DNA of 64,000 bases from Octopus sinensis (GCF_006345805.1 NC_043008.1:35464001-35528000), one strand, 5' to 3'. Shown: positions 27,051-40,045, counted from the stretch's first letter. The notes: generated from the letters alone by a model not told the origin. Numbers and translations are program-made.

Positions 27051-27637
27051 CTTTTCCATGCCCTTGAACATCCTGTAAAGTAAGCTAGCTTAAAATTAGT
27101 TACTTAGTTCCCTAGGTTGTTGCTTTTCATCAAAAATCGCCCTAAGTTGATTTCCTACATGTTTTATTGGATAAACTTATCATTGTCCCAGGTACGTTCT
27201 CATGAATTCATTATGCTTTTCCATCTAGATTTACCTACAGCCAACCAAATTGCATGCATCGTTTTTGTCCTGCTTTTTTTCCGTCAACCTGTACATAACT
27301 GCACCTTCCATTTTTTGTTGTTTTTCTACTGCTTAAAGGCACGTTTCTATCCTGCCAAGCTTACTGTTTAAACCATGTTTGTGTTCTCCAAGTCAACAGC
27401 CTTATCATTACTGGTACTTTAAACACTTCGGTTGCATATTTGTGTGAATAAAATCGTTTTTCTTTGGAATAGAAAAAAGTCTGTCTTTATTTCTTCTTTT
27501 GCTAGTGTCTCAAATTTAGGTTAAATCAGTGTTTCTCAAAGGGGACGCCTATGGGACGGTCGGACAAGTTGTTTTGAGAAAATTTGGTTTAAATGTTTGA
27601 CAACTCAGCACCGTCTAGTGGACAGGAGGCGTTTTGC

Positions 27638-27825
27638 TTTAGCCACTGCACACATTTTTTTCTCTCCTTGTTTCCCTCCTTGTTTTTTCTGTGTCCCTTT
27701 CTGTAGAAGAGCGTAGGCTCGAAACGAAAAAAACTTTTTCTATTATGAGCGTTATACTAATACATTTGTTTGTTTTGTACACCACCTGTCTTCGTCTTTG
27801 TTGTTTTTTTCGTAAACTCTCCCTA
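27638..27825 (+). mobile_element. Short PLE-type repeat carrying a hammerhead-like motif (27697-27732)
   Basis: CUGUAGA-A-GAGC(GUAG)GCUC-GAAACG; whole segment aligns with 63490-63660 (-); ends in (TA)n. Confidence 0.7.
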
Positions 27826-28955
27826 TATATATATATATATATATATATATTAACATTATACTATATATGCTGGCTTTGGGGTAACAGAGAGAGCCTGTGC
27901 ATGCGTGTGTATCAGTCAGTGCGTAACTGTGTCTCTCTTGTTTCTGTTGTGTGAGTGAGAAATGACTGGTGGATAATTCTTTCTTATGCATTAATCATTC
28001 CTTCCTGAAAGACAAACCTTCCGTTTTTGTTTCTCGGTCTAAATTGGGATCTCATTTTCTGGAAAAATTTGTAGTATTTGCTTATCTCCAAGCCTGCTTT
28101 TACTGTGCAAAATCAAATTGAAAGCCTTCCAGCCCTGACCAGCCAACACCATTCTTTACTATGGATGGATGGATGGAGGGATGGAGAGATGGGGGATTTA
28201 GGGATTGGATAATCTGTACTGTTGCAGCTGTTGCTGCTGCTCTTTTTTTGCTTTTGTTGTTGTTGCCGTCACTGCTTTTTATTGCAGCGGTTGGCGTTGG
28301 TGGTAGTAGCCGTGATGGAGGTACTGTCGCCGTCCATTCTTTCATTTTTGTCACCATTGTTGCTGTGGTTGTTCATTGTTTTGTTCTCATTACTTCCTTG
28401 TATTGTGGTGGTGGGGTTTATGGTCATCCTCTCTTTGTGCGGCATGTTGGTGCTGTTAATGCTGCTACTGCCATTACGGCTACATTATGAGTTCTCAATG
28501 GAACTGTTAAGAGAAAACTATGGAAAATCCTTTTTATATCCGCTGTTCTTAAAGCCATCTGTGCACCTCTATCTGCGGCGTCATGTTCCTCTTTGTTTTC
28601 AAGAAACAATTAAACTCAAGGGGAAATCTTTAAAAATGCCGCCCAGCAGATCCCAAACCAAAACCAAATGGAACTGGCTAGTTCCTTGTAATCCTGGTCA
28701 GTTTGTAACAAAACGGAACAAATGCATTTAACAGTTAAAGCAAACAAAACTTACGAACGATTCGAATGGGCGCTTGGAAGATACGAAAACGACAGCATCA
28801 ACAACAACAACAACAAAACAACAACACAACTACAACAGTAATAATTACTGAAAGAGATTAATTGCAAAATAAACCCCAAATGAGAAAGATTGAGAAAATG
28901 GGTTAGAAAGAGATCGAACGAGAGAATGCTAAAGAATGAACAGGAGAACTGAACA

Positions 28956-29389
28956 AGGCGCAGGAGTGGCTGTGTGGTAAGTAGCTTGCTTACCAACCAC
29001 ATGGTTCCGGGTTCAGTCCCACTGCGTGGCATCTTGGGCAAGTGTCTTCTGCTATAGCCCCGGGCCGACCAATGCCTTGTGAGTGGATTTGGTAGACGGA
29101 AACTGAAAGAAGCCTGTCGTATATATGTATATATATATATATATATATAAGTGTGTGTGTGTATATATGTTTGTGTTTCTGTGTTTGTCCCCCTAGCATT
29201 GCTTGACAACCGATGCTGGTGTGTTTATGTCCCCGTTACCTAGCGGTTCGGCAAAAGAGACCGATAGTTTAAGTACTGGGCTTACAAAGAATAAGTCCCG
29301 TGGTCGATTTGCTCGACTAAAGGCGGTGCTCCAGCATGGCCGCAGTCAAATGACTGAAACAAGTAAAAGAGTAAAAGAGTAAAGAGTAA
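28956..29389 (+). mobile_element. SINE A, full-length reference copy
   Basis: Head aggcgcaggagtggctgtgtggtaag..ggttcagtccc, CORE-like segment, internal microsatellite 29118-29170, second arm, (gtaaaaga)n tail. Confidence 0.95.
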
Positions 29390-29639
29390 GTCTGGAAAAA
29401 GTCTAGTGCGAGAAAAAATACTGAAGAGACAAAGAAACGGAGGTAGGGAAGAAGAACGAGAAAAGTAGAAAAAAAAAACATTCAAAATGTCGCATCACAT
29501 ATCAGTTTTCTCATGTTTTTGCTGATTTTTTTTTGATTTTTTTGGTCTTTTTGTTGGTTTATTTCTGTCTGTTTTCTTCGTAAACTTACTTTACTTTTGT
29601 TTATCGTTTTACTTGTACATGAAATATCAATGGAAAGTA

Positions 29640-29829
29640 AAGAAGAAGAAGAAGAAGAAGAAGAAGAAGAAGAAGAAGAAAGAAGAAGACGAAGAAGAAA
29701 GAAAGGAAGAAGAAAGAAGAAAGAAGAAGAAGAAGAAGAAGAAAGAAGAAGAAGAAAGAAGAAGAGAAGAAGGAAGAAGAAGAAGAAGAAGGAGGAGGAG
29801 AAGAAGAAGAAGAAGAAGAAGAAGAAGAA
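29640..29829. repeat. (GAA)n polypurine microsatellite
   Basis: Directly visible. Confidence 0.98.
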
Positions 29830-30039
29830 TGAAACAATAATAAATAAAAAGATATCTTATGTAGCACGAAGACTGCTAGAATCGTGATCTTCGTCTTGGA
29901 ATGATGCTAGATTGGTAAGCAATCAATTATAGTGTTGCCAGTCAAAGGCTTTTAATTTTACTTTCTTTTTCGGGATATATGTATCTTTTATTTATTATTT
30001 TTATTATTGTTATTATTATTATTGTTGTTTTTGTTCGTT

Positions 30040-30821
30040 GCAATGGAATTGGTTAAATAATTTGTGTTGTACTTTAAAGTCCAAGTAGTCCGGTGCCAAA
30101 AAACACCAACAATTCTACCGTTCCTGCCAAAAAAACCGCCACAAGACAACCACAGACAGTACCTCCGCATACCGGCACCAACCAGTAGTCACACTACTAC
30201 TACTACTACTACTACTACTGCTGCTGCTACTACTACTACTACTTTTGCTCCTGCTGCTATTATCATTAACAGTAAAGTCAGGTCATCACAAGATAACCAG
30301 CATTCCACTACCATCAACACTACACCCACCACCAGTACTACCACCGTTACTAACAGCGTAACTTCAGCATCACCACCGTTACCAGACACAACCATAAGCG
30401 GGCACTTCTACATGGTCGTTCTGCTTGCTAGAAATAGCCACTAAATTTATGTCAAAACACCTCCGCGCGCACGCACGCACACACATACATGAACATATAC
30501 ACATACACACACAGGCACACACTCGCACACACTAACGTTTTAAAAAGGAACCACGCATTAGACTATAAATTACCTGCTGTACCTTCGGTCACGTGCCTGC
30601 TGATTCCAGGTTAACCGGGGGTTAAAAATCTAGAACTACTGCTACTACAATAACTACTACTGCCACCACCACTACCTCCATCGTCGCTGCAACCGCTACC
30701 ACCACCATCAGTTCAACTAATGTGTCCGTCTCCGCCCTCCCTAACACCACCACAACCACGATAACTACCACTATCACTACTACCGAAAACACAACTACTA
30801 CTACAACTACTACCACTGCTA

Positions 30822-30853
<32 letters not shown>

Positions 30854-31330
30854 ACTACTGCTGCTGTTGCTGCTGCTGACGCTTCTGCAACCTACGTCAA
30901 CAATACTTTCATTAGAACAAGAACACCATAACGACACCGCCACCATCATCACCACCACCACCACCACCACCACCACCGCATTATCAAAAGAACTGCATCC
31001 AATGAAGATGGCAAATTATCAATGGCGGTCACGCTCATCTACTTCACCCCCCACCCCACCTCCCTACCAACCAGTTCCTTTGCTGGTGGTTTCTGGAGTC
31101 AATTAGTCTTCAGACATTCTGCCAAACACGTGATTCCGGTGAAGATTTACCAAGATGTTCCTCGTAGTTTTTTTTTTTTTTTGTTGATTGTGCTGTTGTT
31201 TTAGTATTGGTACTGCTGCTATTCTTGTTGTTGTTGTGTTCATATTGATGATGATAATGATGATGATCATGATGATGATGATCATCATCATCATTATCAT
31301 GACGACAACGCTGATCTAAATCACCTGTTT
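30040..31330. repeat. Degenerate trinucleotide (ACT/ACC/GCT/GAT) low-complexity region, possibly partly exonic
   Basis: GC-richer cryptic repeats give T-, P-, H- or S-rich reads depending on frame; no frame is clearly preferred. Confidence 0.7.
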
Positions 31331-31473
31331 CTTGATTAATAAAAAAAAAGGAATAGGTTTTATATGTCCCCTTCTTTCAATCTCTGATTCCATGTACACA
31401 GACAAATACATACATAGATATGTATTTGTGTATGTATACATACATACTCACATACATACATACTCACATACTT

Positions 31474-31500
<27 letters not shown>

Positions 31501-31506
<6 letters not shown>

Positions 31507-31691
31507 CCAATAAGGACTGAACACGAAAAGTGGACAGTCAACATGCTAGATATAGACGTCAAATCGCCATTCACCACAAAAGATTATGTTCTCAGATCTG
31601 AGAACATAATCTTTTGTGGTGAAGGCGATTTGACGTCTATATATCAGCATGTTGACTGTCCACTTTTCGGTTCAGTCTTAATTGGTATATA
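31501..31691. repeat. ~190-bp near-perfect loopless palindrome between (TA)n tracts
   Basis: Centre ctcaga|tctgag at 31596/31597; about 95 pairs checked by hand with 3 bulges, 2 mismatches and 1 G-T. Confidence 0.97.
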
Positions 31692-31798
31692 TAATATTTT
31701 AATCTTCGGATTCTTTTTAATATGCTAGACCACTGGTCTTAATTGATAAATATCAATTTCTACCCTAATTTATTTAATTTTATATATATATATATATC

Positions 31799-31833
<35 letters not shown>

Positions 31834-32512
31834 GGGGGGGGGAAGAAAGTGGAGAGAAAGGAGGCGATAGAAAGAGACTTTTGACGTCATAAGCATTCAT
31901 AGTTTCGAGTAAATTTAATTTGGACAAATACTTTTTCTAGACATCAGTAATGACATTCTCACGGAAGATTGTATAAGGGGACCGTTCTGTTTTTAACAGC
32001 AGTAGACGTAATCTATTGCCCGGTTTAACACCACTACCTAACGATAAAAGCTGCCTTTAATGGTGTCAGCTTTCAGCCCGGGTCTTCAGTTTGAAGATAC
32101 TCTTCCCTTACCTGCCACTACTCAGGTAGTCCAAAAGAAGGATCATGGACATTCGCCTTCCTCATCTCACTGAAACATTATGAAAAGTTATCACGGCAAA
32201 CAAAGATGCCTGATGGCTGAAATGGTAGAACGTTGAAAAAAACTGGTACAGTAGTAAAATAACAAATAGATAAAGAGCTTCTAAGATCTCGAAAAGCAAA
32301 GAAAAGTTGAGTAACCTTTATATATTTCGGGCATGAAGGACCATTATCGGGAATATACAGTTTAGAAATGTGGGTATATGTGGAGCCTATTGTTTAGAGT
32401 GCTGTAGCCATTTTCTTTCATGTACTTAACTTCAGTGAAGTTTTGGGTCTTTAGCCATTGTGCAAGATGATTACACGACGTAGTCAAGACTCTCATTGGT
32501 CCTCTACGATGT

Positions 32513-32713
32513 CTTATGTTTTACTTGCTTCAGTCATTACACTGCGGCCATACTGGGGCACCATCTTGTCCATTTTTTAAAGCCTGGTACTTATTATATT
32601 GGTCTCTACTTCCCGAACCGCTAAGTTACAGGTACGTAAACACACCAACACCAGTTGTCAAACGGTGGTGTGGGACAATCACAGACACAAAGACGCGCGC
32701 ACATACGCACACA

Positions 32714-32803
<90 letters not shown>

Positions 32804-32920
32804 GAAGGGCTTCTGAGGATATAGCATAAGACACTTGCCCAAGGTGCCACGCAGTGGGAATGAACTCGGAACCATGTGGTGGGGAAGCAAACTTCTTACC
32901 ACACAATCACATCTGCGCCT
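32513..32920 (-). mobile_element. SINE A with internal deletions
   Basis: Reverse complement of head (tgcgcct at 32920), CORE-like segment, (CA)n(TA)n and 3' arm with tail. Confidence 0.88.
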
Positions 32921-33791
32921 ACAACATCAGCAATGAGGCACCAACAGTGCTCAAGCATCTGCAAAATAGCAATACTAATGCGGATATTTCTTTCTGTGTT
33001 ACGAGTTCGAAACCCATGAGCGCTGATTCTGGTTATATTTATTTTGTCAGTGTCGATCAATTAAGCGTTTATTGATCACCGACCTTGATCGATTAATCGA
33101 CTATAAGCTCCTCATAAATTTGTGCTCTCTTATATAAACGAATATAAGCTGCAATTCATTATCAGTGGCGTAGCTGAAACATAAATATCTGTTATATTGT
33201 ATACTATAGTTTGTTATATATTGTAAGGTAAATTACGGTTGATGTGCGAATATTTATAGTTTGTCTATGAAGTCTATTGTATTAGTGCTGTGTCTGTATG
33301 TGTACGTCTTTTCTGGACGTGTAGGGTGATATGTGCATAGCCACACACACACACACATACACACACACACACACATACATACACACACACACACACATTT
33401 TTTGCTTGTAGGTGTCTGTATTATATACATTTACGGAAATATACGCATGATTATATACGTAGATATGTGTGTGTGTATATATGTGTGTATATGTATGTGT
33501 GTTGTATGTGTGTGTACCTGTTTACATATATGCGTGTGCGTGCGTGTGTGTGTGTATAGATAAAGGTATGCAAATATAAATATGTATATACATATGAACA
33601 TATGTATAAACACATTTTATGCATATATATATATATATATATATATGCATACAAACATGTATATGTATATAGATATATATATGCACACGCATATACACAC
33701 ATCTCTCTTCCCCGCTCTTTCTATATATATACATATATATATATACAAATATATATACATATATACATATATACATATATATATATATAAC

Positions 33792-33851
<60 letters not shown>

Positions 33852-33899
33852 TATATATATATACATATAATATATATATATATATTATATATATATATT

Positions 33900-33935
<36 letters not shown>

Positions 33936-34267
33936 TAGAGAAAGATGAAGCTAACAATTGCTCGTGTGTTTTCATCTGAATTGTTAAAATCATCTTGATT
34001 GCTGACTTCTTTTATTTTTTATTAAATTGTCCGTTAGTTTGTAGAGAAAACACGCCATCTTTCATAAATGTTGACGATAAATACTTCCAAATATATGAAC
34101 GCTTAATCTTTAGTGTTGTGCCTCTAGATTAGAAAACATGTCACTCAACTCAATTTATCAGTTGTTCTTTTGTTTTTCGCCTTGATGTTGATGTGGTTTT
34201 GATTCTTTTTTTTATTATTTTCTCCTTACCAATTTTTCCGACTTAGCAAAGTCATTTATTGTTGTTA

Positions 34268-34387
<120 letters not shown>

Positions 34388-34941
34388 GAGAGAGTGGGAG
34401 AGAGAGAAAGAGAGAGTGAGAGAGTGGGAGAGAGAGAAAGAGAGAGTCAGAGAGAGAGAAGGATGACGAATGGTAGAATTGGCACGTCAATGAACGTATG
34501 GATGGACAGAGGGGCAAAAATATTTTGTGATATTAAGTTGCCTCTTTTTCTTGTTTTTACTTTTTTCGGTTCACACCTAACCCGTCCCGTGTATTTTGTC
34601 TTCAGTTTTCTGGTATTCGATAAAAAAAATTATCTCCGGTCCCCACATCGGATTCGTGACCAAGGATCGAAACCTAAGTTTTTAAGCTTGTTTCCTTTGT
34701 TCTCGAATAGTGCACTTAAAAATCTATTTAGTCACTAGCCTAGGTTAATCGGGGATGAATATAGATCAGCCGAACTCGACTCTAATTTCAGTGGCCCAGT
34801 TCGCTTTTAACTCAGGTATATATTCGCGATACCTGTAAAGAAAATAATTAGTTGCTTCTGTCACTTTTAGACAGTTTCTTTCTAATCACCTTTAATCAGT
34901 TTCTTTCAACCAGCTAGAAAGCAACTTCCATAGGACTTACT

Positions 34942-34989
<48 letters not shown>

Positions 34990-35434
34990 TCACTCACTCA
35001 CTCACTCACACTGACAAACTTCTTTTGCCCGAGTCTTGAACCCGTTACCTTTCTCCTTACACAAACTGAGTAACAGACTACCATAAGGACTCGACAAGAG
35101 ATTTTCGATGTAAACAAATTATCATCTACTGTACAAATTTTGTGTTACTTTTCCAACAATTTAATAAAATTAGTAATAAATACAGATTTTCATCACTTCA
35201 TTTCAATACATCCAGAAATAATCGACTTGTTACGTCTCACTTGTTGCACATATTTCCAATGTCAATTTCACCAAAAAGAAAAAAAAATGTCTGACTTCAT
35301 ATCAGCGCAAGAAATGTCGAGAGTGTTTATTCCGACTGTCACGATATGTGTTCGAGTGTTATGCTTTCAGCTGTATTAATTATTGTAGAAATTCGAAGAC
35401 ATTGAAATATTTAACGTAATGGTTTCGGATTGAA

Positions 35435-35872
35435 GCACAAGACCGGTAATTTTTTAAGGCAGGGAATTAGTCTATACCATCGAGCTTGGAACTTAACTGG
35501 TATTAAATTTGATAGACACTGAAAAGGGAAAAGGCAAAGTTGACTTGGGCAGAATTTAAACTCAGAACGTAAAGAATCTGAAGACATACATACGAGAAGG
35601 TATTATCTCCGACGTTCTAACGATTTTGTTAATCCACAACCCTTAAATGGCTTGTGATCTAGGAACAAGGTCAGCAAATATGAAGGAAGGACTAGTCGAT
35701 GCAATTGGCCCCAGTACTTGACCGGTTCTTTATTCTATCGACTCTAGAGGGATAAAAGGTAAAACTGGCCCCCAGCAGGAACTGAACTCAGAGTGCAGAG
35801 CCGGGTGATGTAAATTCAGAAAAAATATCCCGAAAGAACTTTGTCCAAGGCTCTAACGATTCCGCCAGCTTG
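35435..35872 (-). mobile_element. Two adjacent old SINE B copies (35435-35642 and 35655-35872)
   Basis: Each keeps gaactcagaa, ..taacgatt..gccagct and the atcgac...aaagg core. Confidence 0.7.
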
Positions 35873-36954
35873 AAATATTTAACGTTATAGAACTAGTAGT
35901 GCTACACAGTCATCAACCTTAACTATGGAATGAAATGGCATACATAATGATAATATTTAATAGAACGAAATAAATTCGAGAGGTACACTTTGAACAACTT
36001 TATCTATGAAACGAAATTGAGGATATAATCAAAATCTGTAACACGATGAAACTTTAAACAACTTGATAACATACTGTAAATATTTAGCATAATGAAACAT
36101 GTTTGAGTGTTTCATTTAAACAGGATGAAATATGAAAGGAAATCGAAGATATAATCAAAAATCTTTCACATTATGAAGCAATTTGATGAACATCAATAAA
36201 TTTATGCATCAAAATAGAAATAAGGATATTTAATGAAATGTGGGATTATCACAGGCGCAGCTAATCGTTATTAATTCTTTGGAAGAACTGGTTTAGTGAT
36301 GAACGAACTAGTTTATTCTATTTACTTACGACGACCTATTCTGAGTACTGAGTTCACATCCTACTATAGTGTACAAAGTCATTCATTCCTTTGGGGTCGA
36401 TAAAACAAGTTGTTCTAATCGCTTAACTCTAGATTAATCCTGATCAAATAGACTTATGATCAGACGCTTGCCAGACTGAGCACCCGGGGTATTTTATTCT
36501 TTCTTCGGTCAGCGTATTTATTACTACCCTACCCAATGCGTCCTTTTTTGCTGTTGTTGCTGCTGTTGTTGCTGTTGTTGTTTTCGTTTAACCCCAACCC
36601 AAATCTACCAAGCATTTAATGGCATTCGACATTCCAGCCGTAGCCTTCCCATTATTTTAGAATTTACCTTAAGACTACTTTATCTAAATTGCATCTTTTC
36701 CTTATTTAAAATAGTCGCATTTTGACTACTGCTTGTAGTAGATCGATTAGCTACGCAGAGGTTCCCTCGGTGGCTCCAGGTACCCTCTGACCCAACATAG
36801 GCAGGTATAGTGTTTGTTTGAAATCTGTTGAATCGCCATAACCCTTCCCTACAATGTGTAGAAATCTTTTTCGACTCCAGATCAGCCATGATAGTGAAAA
36901 CTTATGATCAATGTTATTTCAGCCGTGACCATCCCATCATTTTACTCAGACATT

Positions 36955-38790
36955 ACACCACCCGTTTTAACACCACCACCTAACTCCTGAGTGTCTTTAG
37001 CGGTGATCGCTATATTGCAAGCGCTCGAACACTCTTCAGAAAGAGTGTTTCCGTGATTTATCGACTCGCTATCACTCTTAACAGTTTCTCAAGGTGCCAA
37101 AAGCCAAAGCCGCAAACCCAAACCCACGGTACGATTGTCTCTCTTCTCTAATATCCAAGAAGTTTGTTCCGACCAAAATTCCACTCGTTGCTTTTTAACA
37201 TATAAGCCCTACTTCCTATTACTCTCTGAGACACAGATTTCTTAACCTCAAACTACAATCCATATCTAGTTTCACTCTGAAATGTAACAACTTCGCATAT
37301 GTAGATTCCGCTCTCCCTGCCATTCCTCTTTCTCATCTTAAGGACTACTTACCTTTCTTATTCCTCCTCAAAAACATCTGTTTCTTCTACAATTCTTCAA
37401 ACTCTTCAGGCATTCCTAACTACTCGACCATATTTTCTCCTAGTCACAGCATATATCTCACTTCCCTCCTCTCTAAATTCATCGCTGTCAGTGGCATTAA
37501 TGCTTACATTTCCACTTGCCTTTTACACTCATCATATATCCATTCTGCTGCTGGTGCAGAAGGTGAATCTTCTGCAATCCTCAAATCTCTACACCAACTT
37601 GTTTCATCCCTTACTCACATCCCTGACCGACAATAAATACTCCTAACATCCTTAATGTCTTACTTTCCTCCAGACCTGACCTCTGTCAGATGGTAACTAT
37701 TTCTGTATATGTCGGGTCACCCGACCTCATTATACACATCCAACACGCATGAATATTCTTAACAACGCCTTCTTCACTGGACCCTACAGTACTTCAAGTT
37801 AGCCGACAGGTCGGCCGGTATTTTGCTAACCATTCCTGGCAGCAGACATTCTTCATTTTATGGCCCATCAGAAACAGCCTGGCAGATGATTAAAACTATC
37901 TATGCCACTACATGTGGTGGAAGCACTCCGTCGGTTACGACGATGAGGGTTCCGAATCAACGGAACAGCCTGCTCGTGAAATTAAAGTGTAAGTGGCTGA
38001 GCACTCCACAGACACGTGTACCCTTAATGTAGTTCCCAAGGAGGATTCAGCGTGACACAGAGAGTGACAAGGCCGGCCCCTTGAAATACAGGTACAACAG
38101 AAACAGGAAGTAAGAGTGAGAGAAAGTTGTGGTGAAAGAGTACAGCAGGGATCACCACCATCCCCTGCCGGAGCCTCGTGGAGCTTTTTAGGTGTTTTTG
38201 CTCAATAAACACTCACAACGCCCGGTCTGGGAATCGAAACCGCGATCCTATAACCGCGAGTCCGCTGCCCTAACCACTGGGCCATTGCACCTCCACGATG
38301 CCCCTACATATCGCACACAACACACTTTCAATACTTTTTAAGCGATCCGCTCATAACTGTGATTTTCCACTGGTACAATAAGTTTTTGAGATTCTTAGAG
38401 CTGGTTGGTTTCACACTGCTTCTATTCAGGCAACTCAGACCCATTCACCGTTCCGCCTCACATAACCCTTGTTGTATTCAGGCCCGTCTCTAACGCTATG
38501 TTCGGCCCACCTTCCTCTTCTACCGGCACTATAATGTCTCTGTTTCTCTATTCAGACACTCCTTGACACACTCTTTCTTCCTCCATCTATTACCCATGTG
38601 TTCTGGCTCTGGCGATCTACTACTCCTGGCCCTTCGCTAGAAACATCTGGAATCCTCCTCTGCTCCTGTCTTTCTTACTGGTTTCAAAATGCAACAATTT
38701 AAGTGCAACATTAGCGACATCAGTCTCACCAATGTCAAGGGACCTGGGATGGTCTTCATCATTCTCCCTCCAGCAACAAACCAGATCTAC
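36955..38790 (+). mobile_element. Internally deleted CR1/Zenon-type LINE (AP endonuclease plus RT C-terminus), interrupted by a SINE
   Basis: LHQLVSSLTHIPDR..TPNILNVLL and VGSPDLI resemble LEQLV..PTRIPDR...PNILDLFL and LGSSDH; FLFYRHYN resembles SLFYRYY near 38520. Confidence 0.75.
37923..38295 (-). mobile_element. SINE C3 inserted in the LINE
   Basis: tRNA-like head tggcccagtggttaggg..ggtttcgattccc; flanked by a probable 12-bp TSD atgccactacat (37902-37913) / atgcccctacat (38298-38309). Confidence 0.9.
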
Positions 38791-39520
38791 ATTATCCTAA
38801 ATAAACTTTCTGTTAACTGCCTAAGTTAGAAATCATTAGTCCTTGCTTAATCCAAGGCCCCCGGATCGAGAAGGCCTATGATCAAAGGAATTCCAAACGT
38901 GACCCTCCCTTCTTTTCGTATTTCACGCATAGAGTAACGAAAATTTTATTATTCAATGTATCCTTCTCTTTTTAAAACAATAGAGTATATTTTGAGGAAG
39001 ACTTAGCTCTTATTTCTTGTATATCGAGTTACCATATTGAGATTTGTTATATTAATAATATTCTCTAGTAATGAGAGAAAGAATCGATAGAAGAAAAAAA
39101 CCAGGAAATTTACACTCTGCAACGGAATAGTAAGCGTCTACCAAGAGATATTTAAAGTGTCAAATTTAATTTGTTTGATGATGTGAATTCCTATTATCTC
39201 ATCCCAATTATTAGTTATTTTTTTCTACACTGTTCTTAATTTTCGTTATCTTGGCAACTCATTTTTCAGACTTATAACTAACTTTTCGTCAACAATATAT
39301 ATTCAAATTTTTCAGTTGTTAGAATTTAAAACCAACCTAAAGCGGTAAACTATTTTCCCAGTCTTTTTTTCTTTTCTAGATTGCAAAGAATTTAAATATA
39401 TAAGCCCTTTATTTTCCTGATAAGCGAGATAATAAATTGAAGCTTGAAATTATATTTATGTGTGTGTGTGTGTGTGTGTGTGTATGTATATATGTATATA
39501 TCTATATATATATATATATA

Positions 39521-40045
<525 letters not shown>

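Noticed and set aside
27500-27506. gCTAGt as the Helitron 3' end
   Set aside because: No GC-rich subterminal hairpin upstream, so the terminus was left unassigned.
28424-28695. Minus-strand read DYKELASSIWFWFGICWAAF, loosely like a K2P channel helix
   Set aside because: Two in-frame stops follow at once and there are no other channel motifs.
32065-32360. Hammerhead-like strings on the minus strand (CUGAAGA-CCCGGGCU-GAAAGCUG near 32070-32097; CCGAUAA..GCCC-GAAAUAUAUA near 32315-32352)
   Set aside because: No helix I pairing, and a non-cleavable or doubly mutated core.
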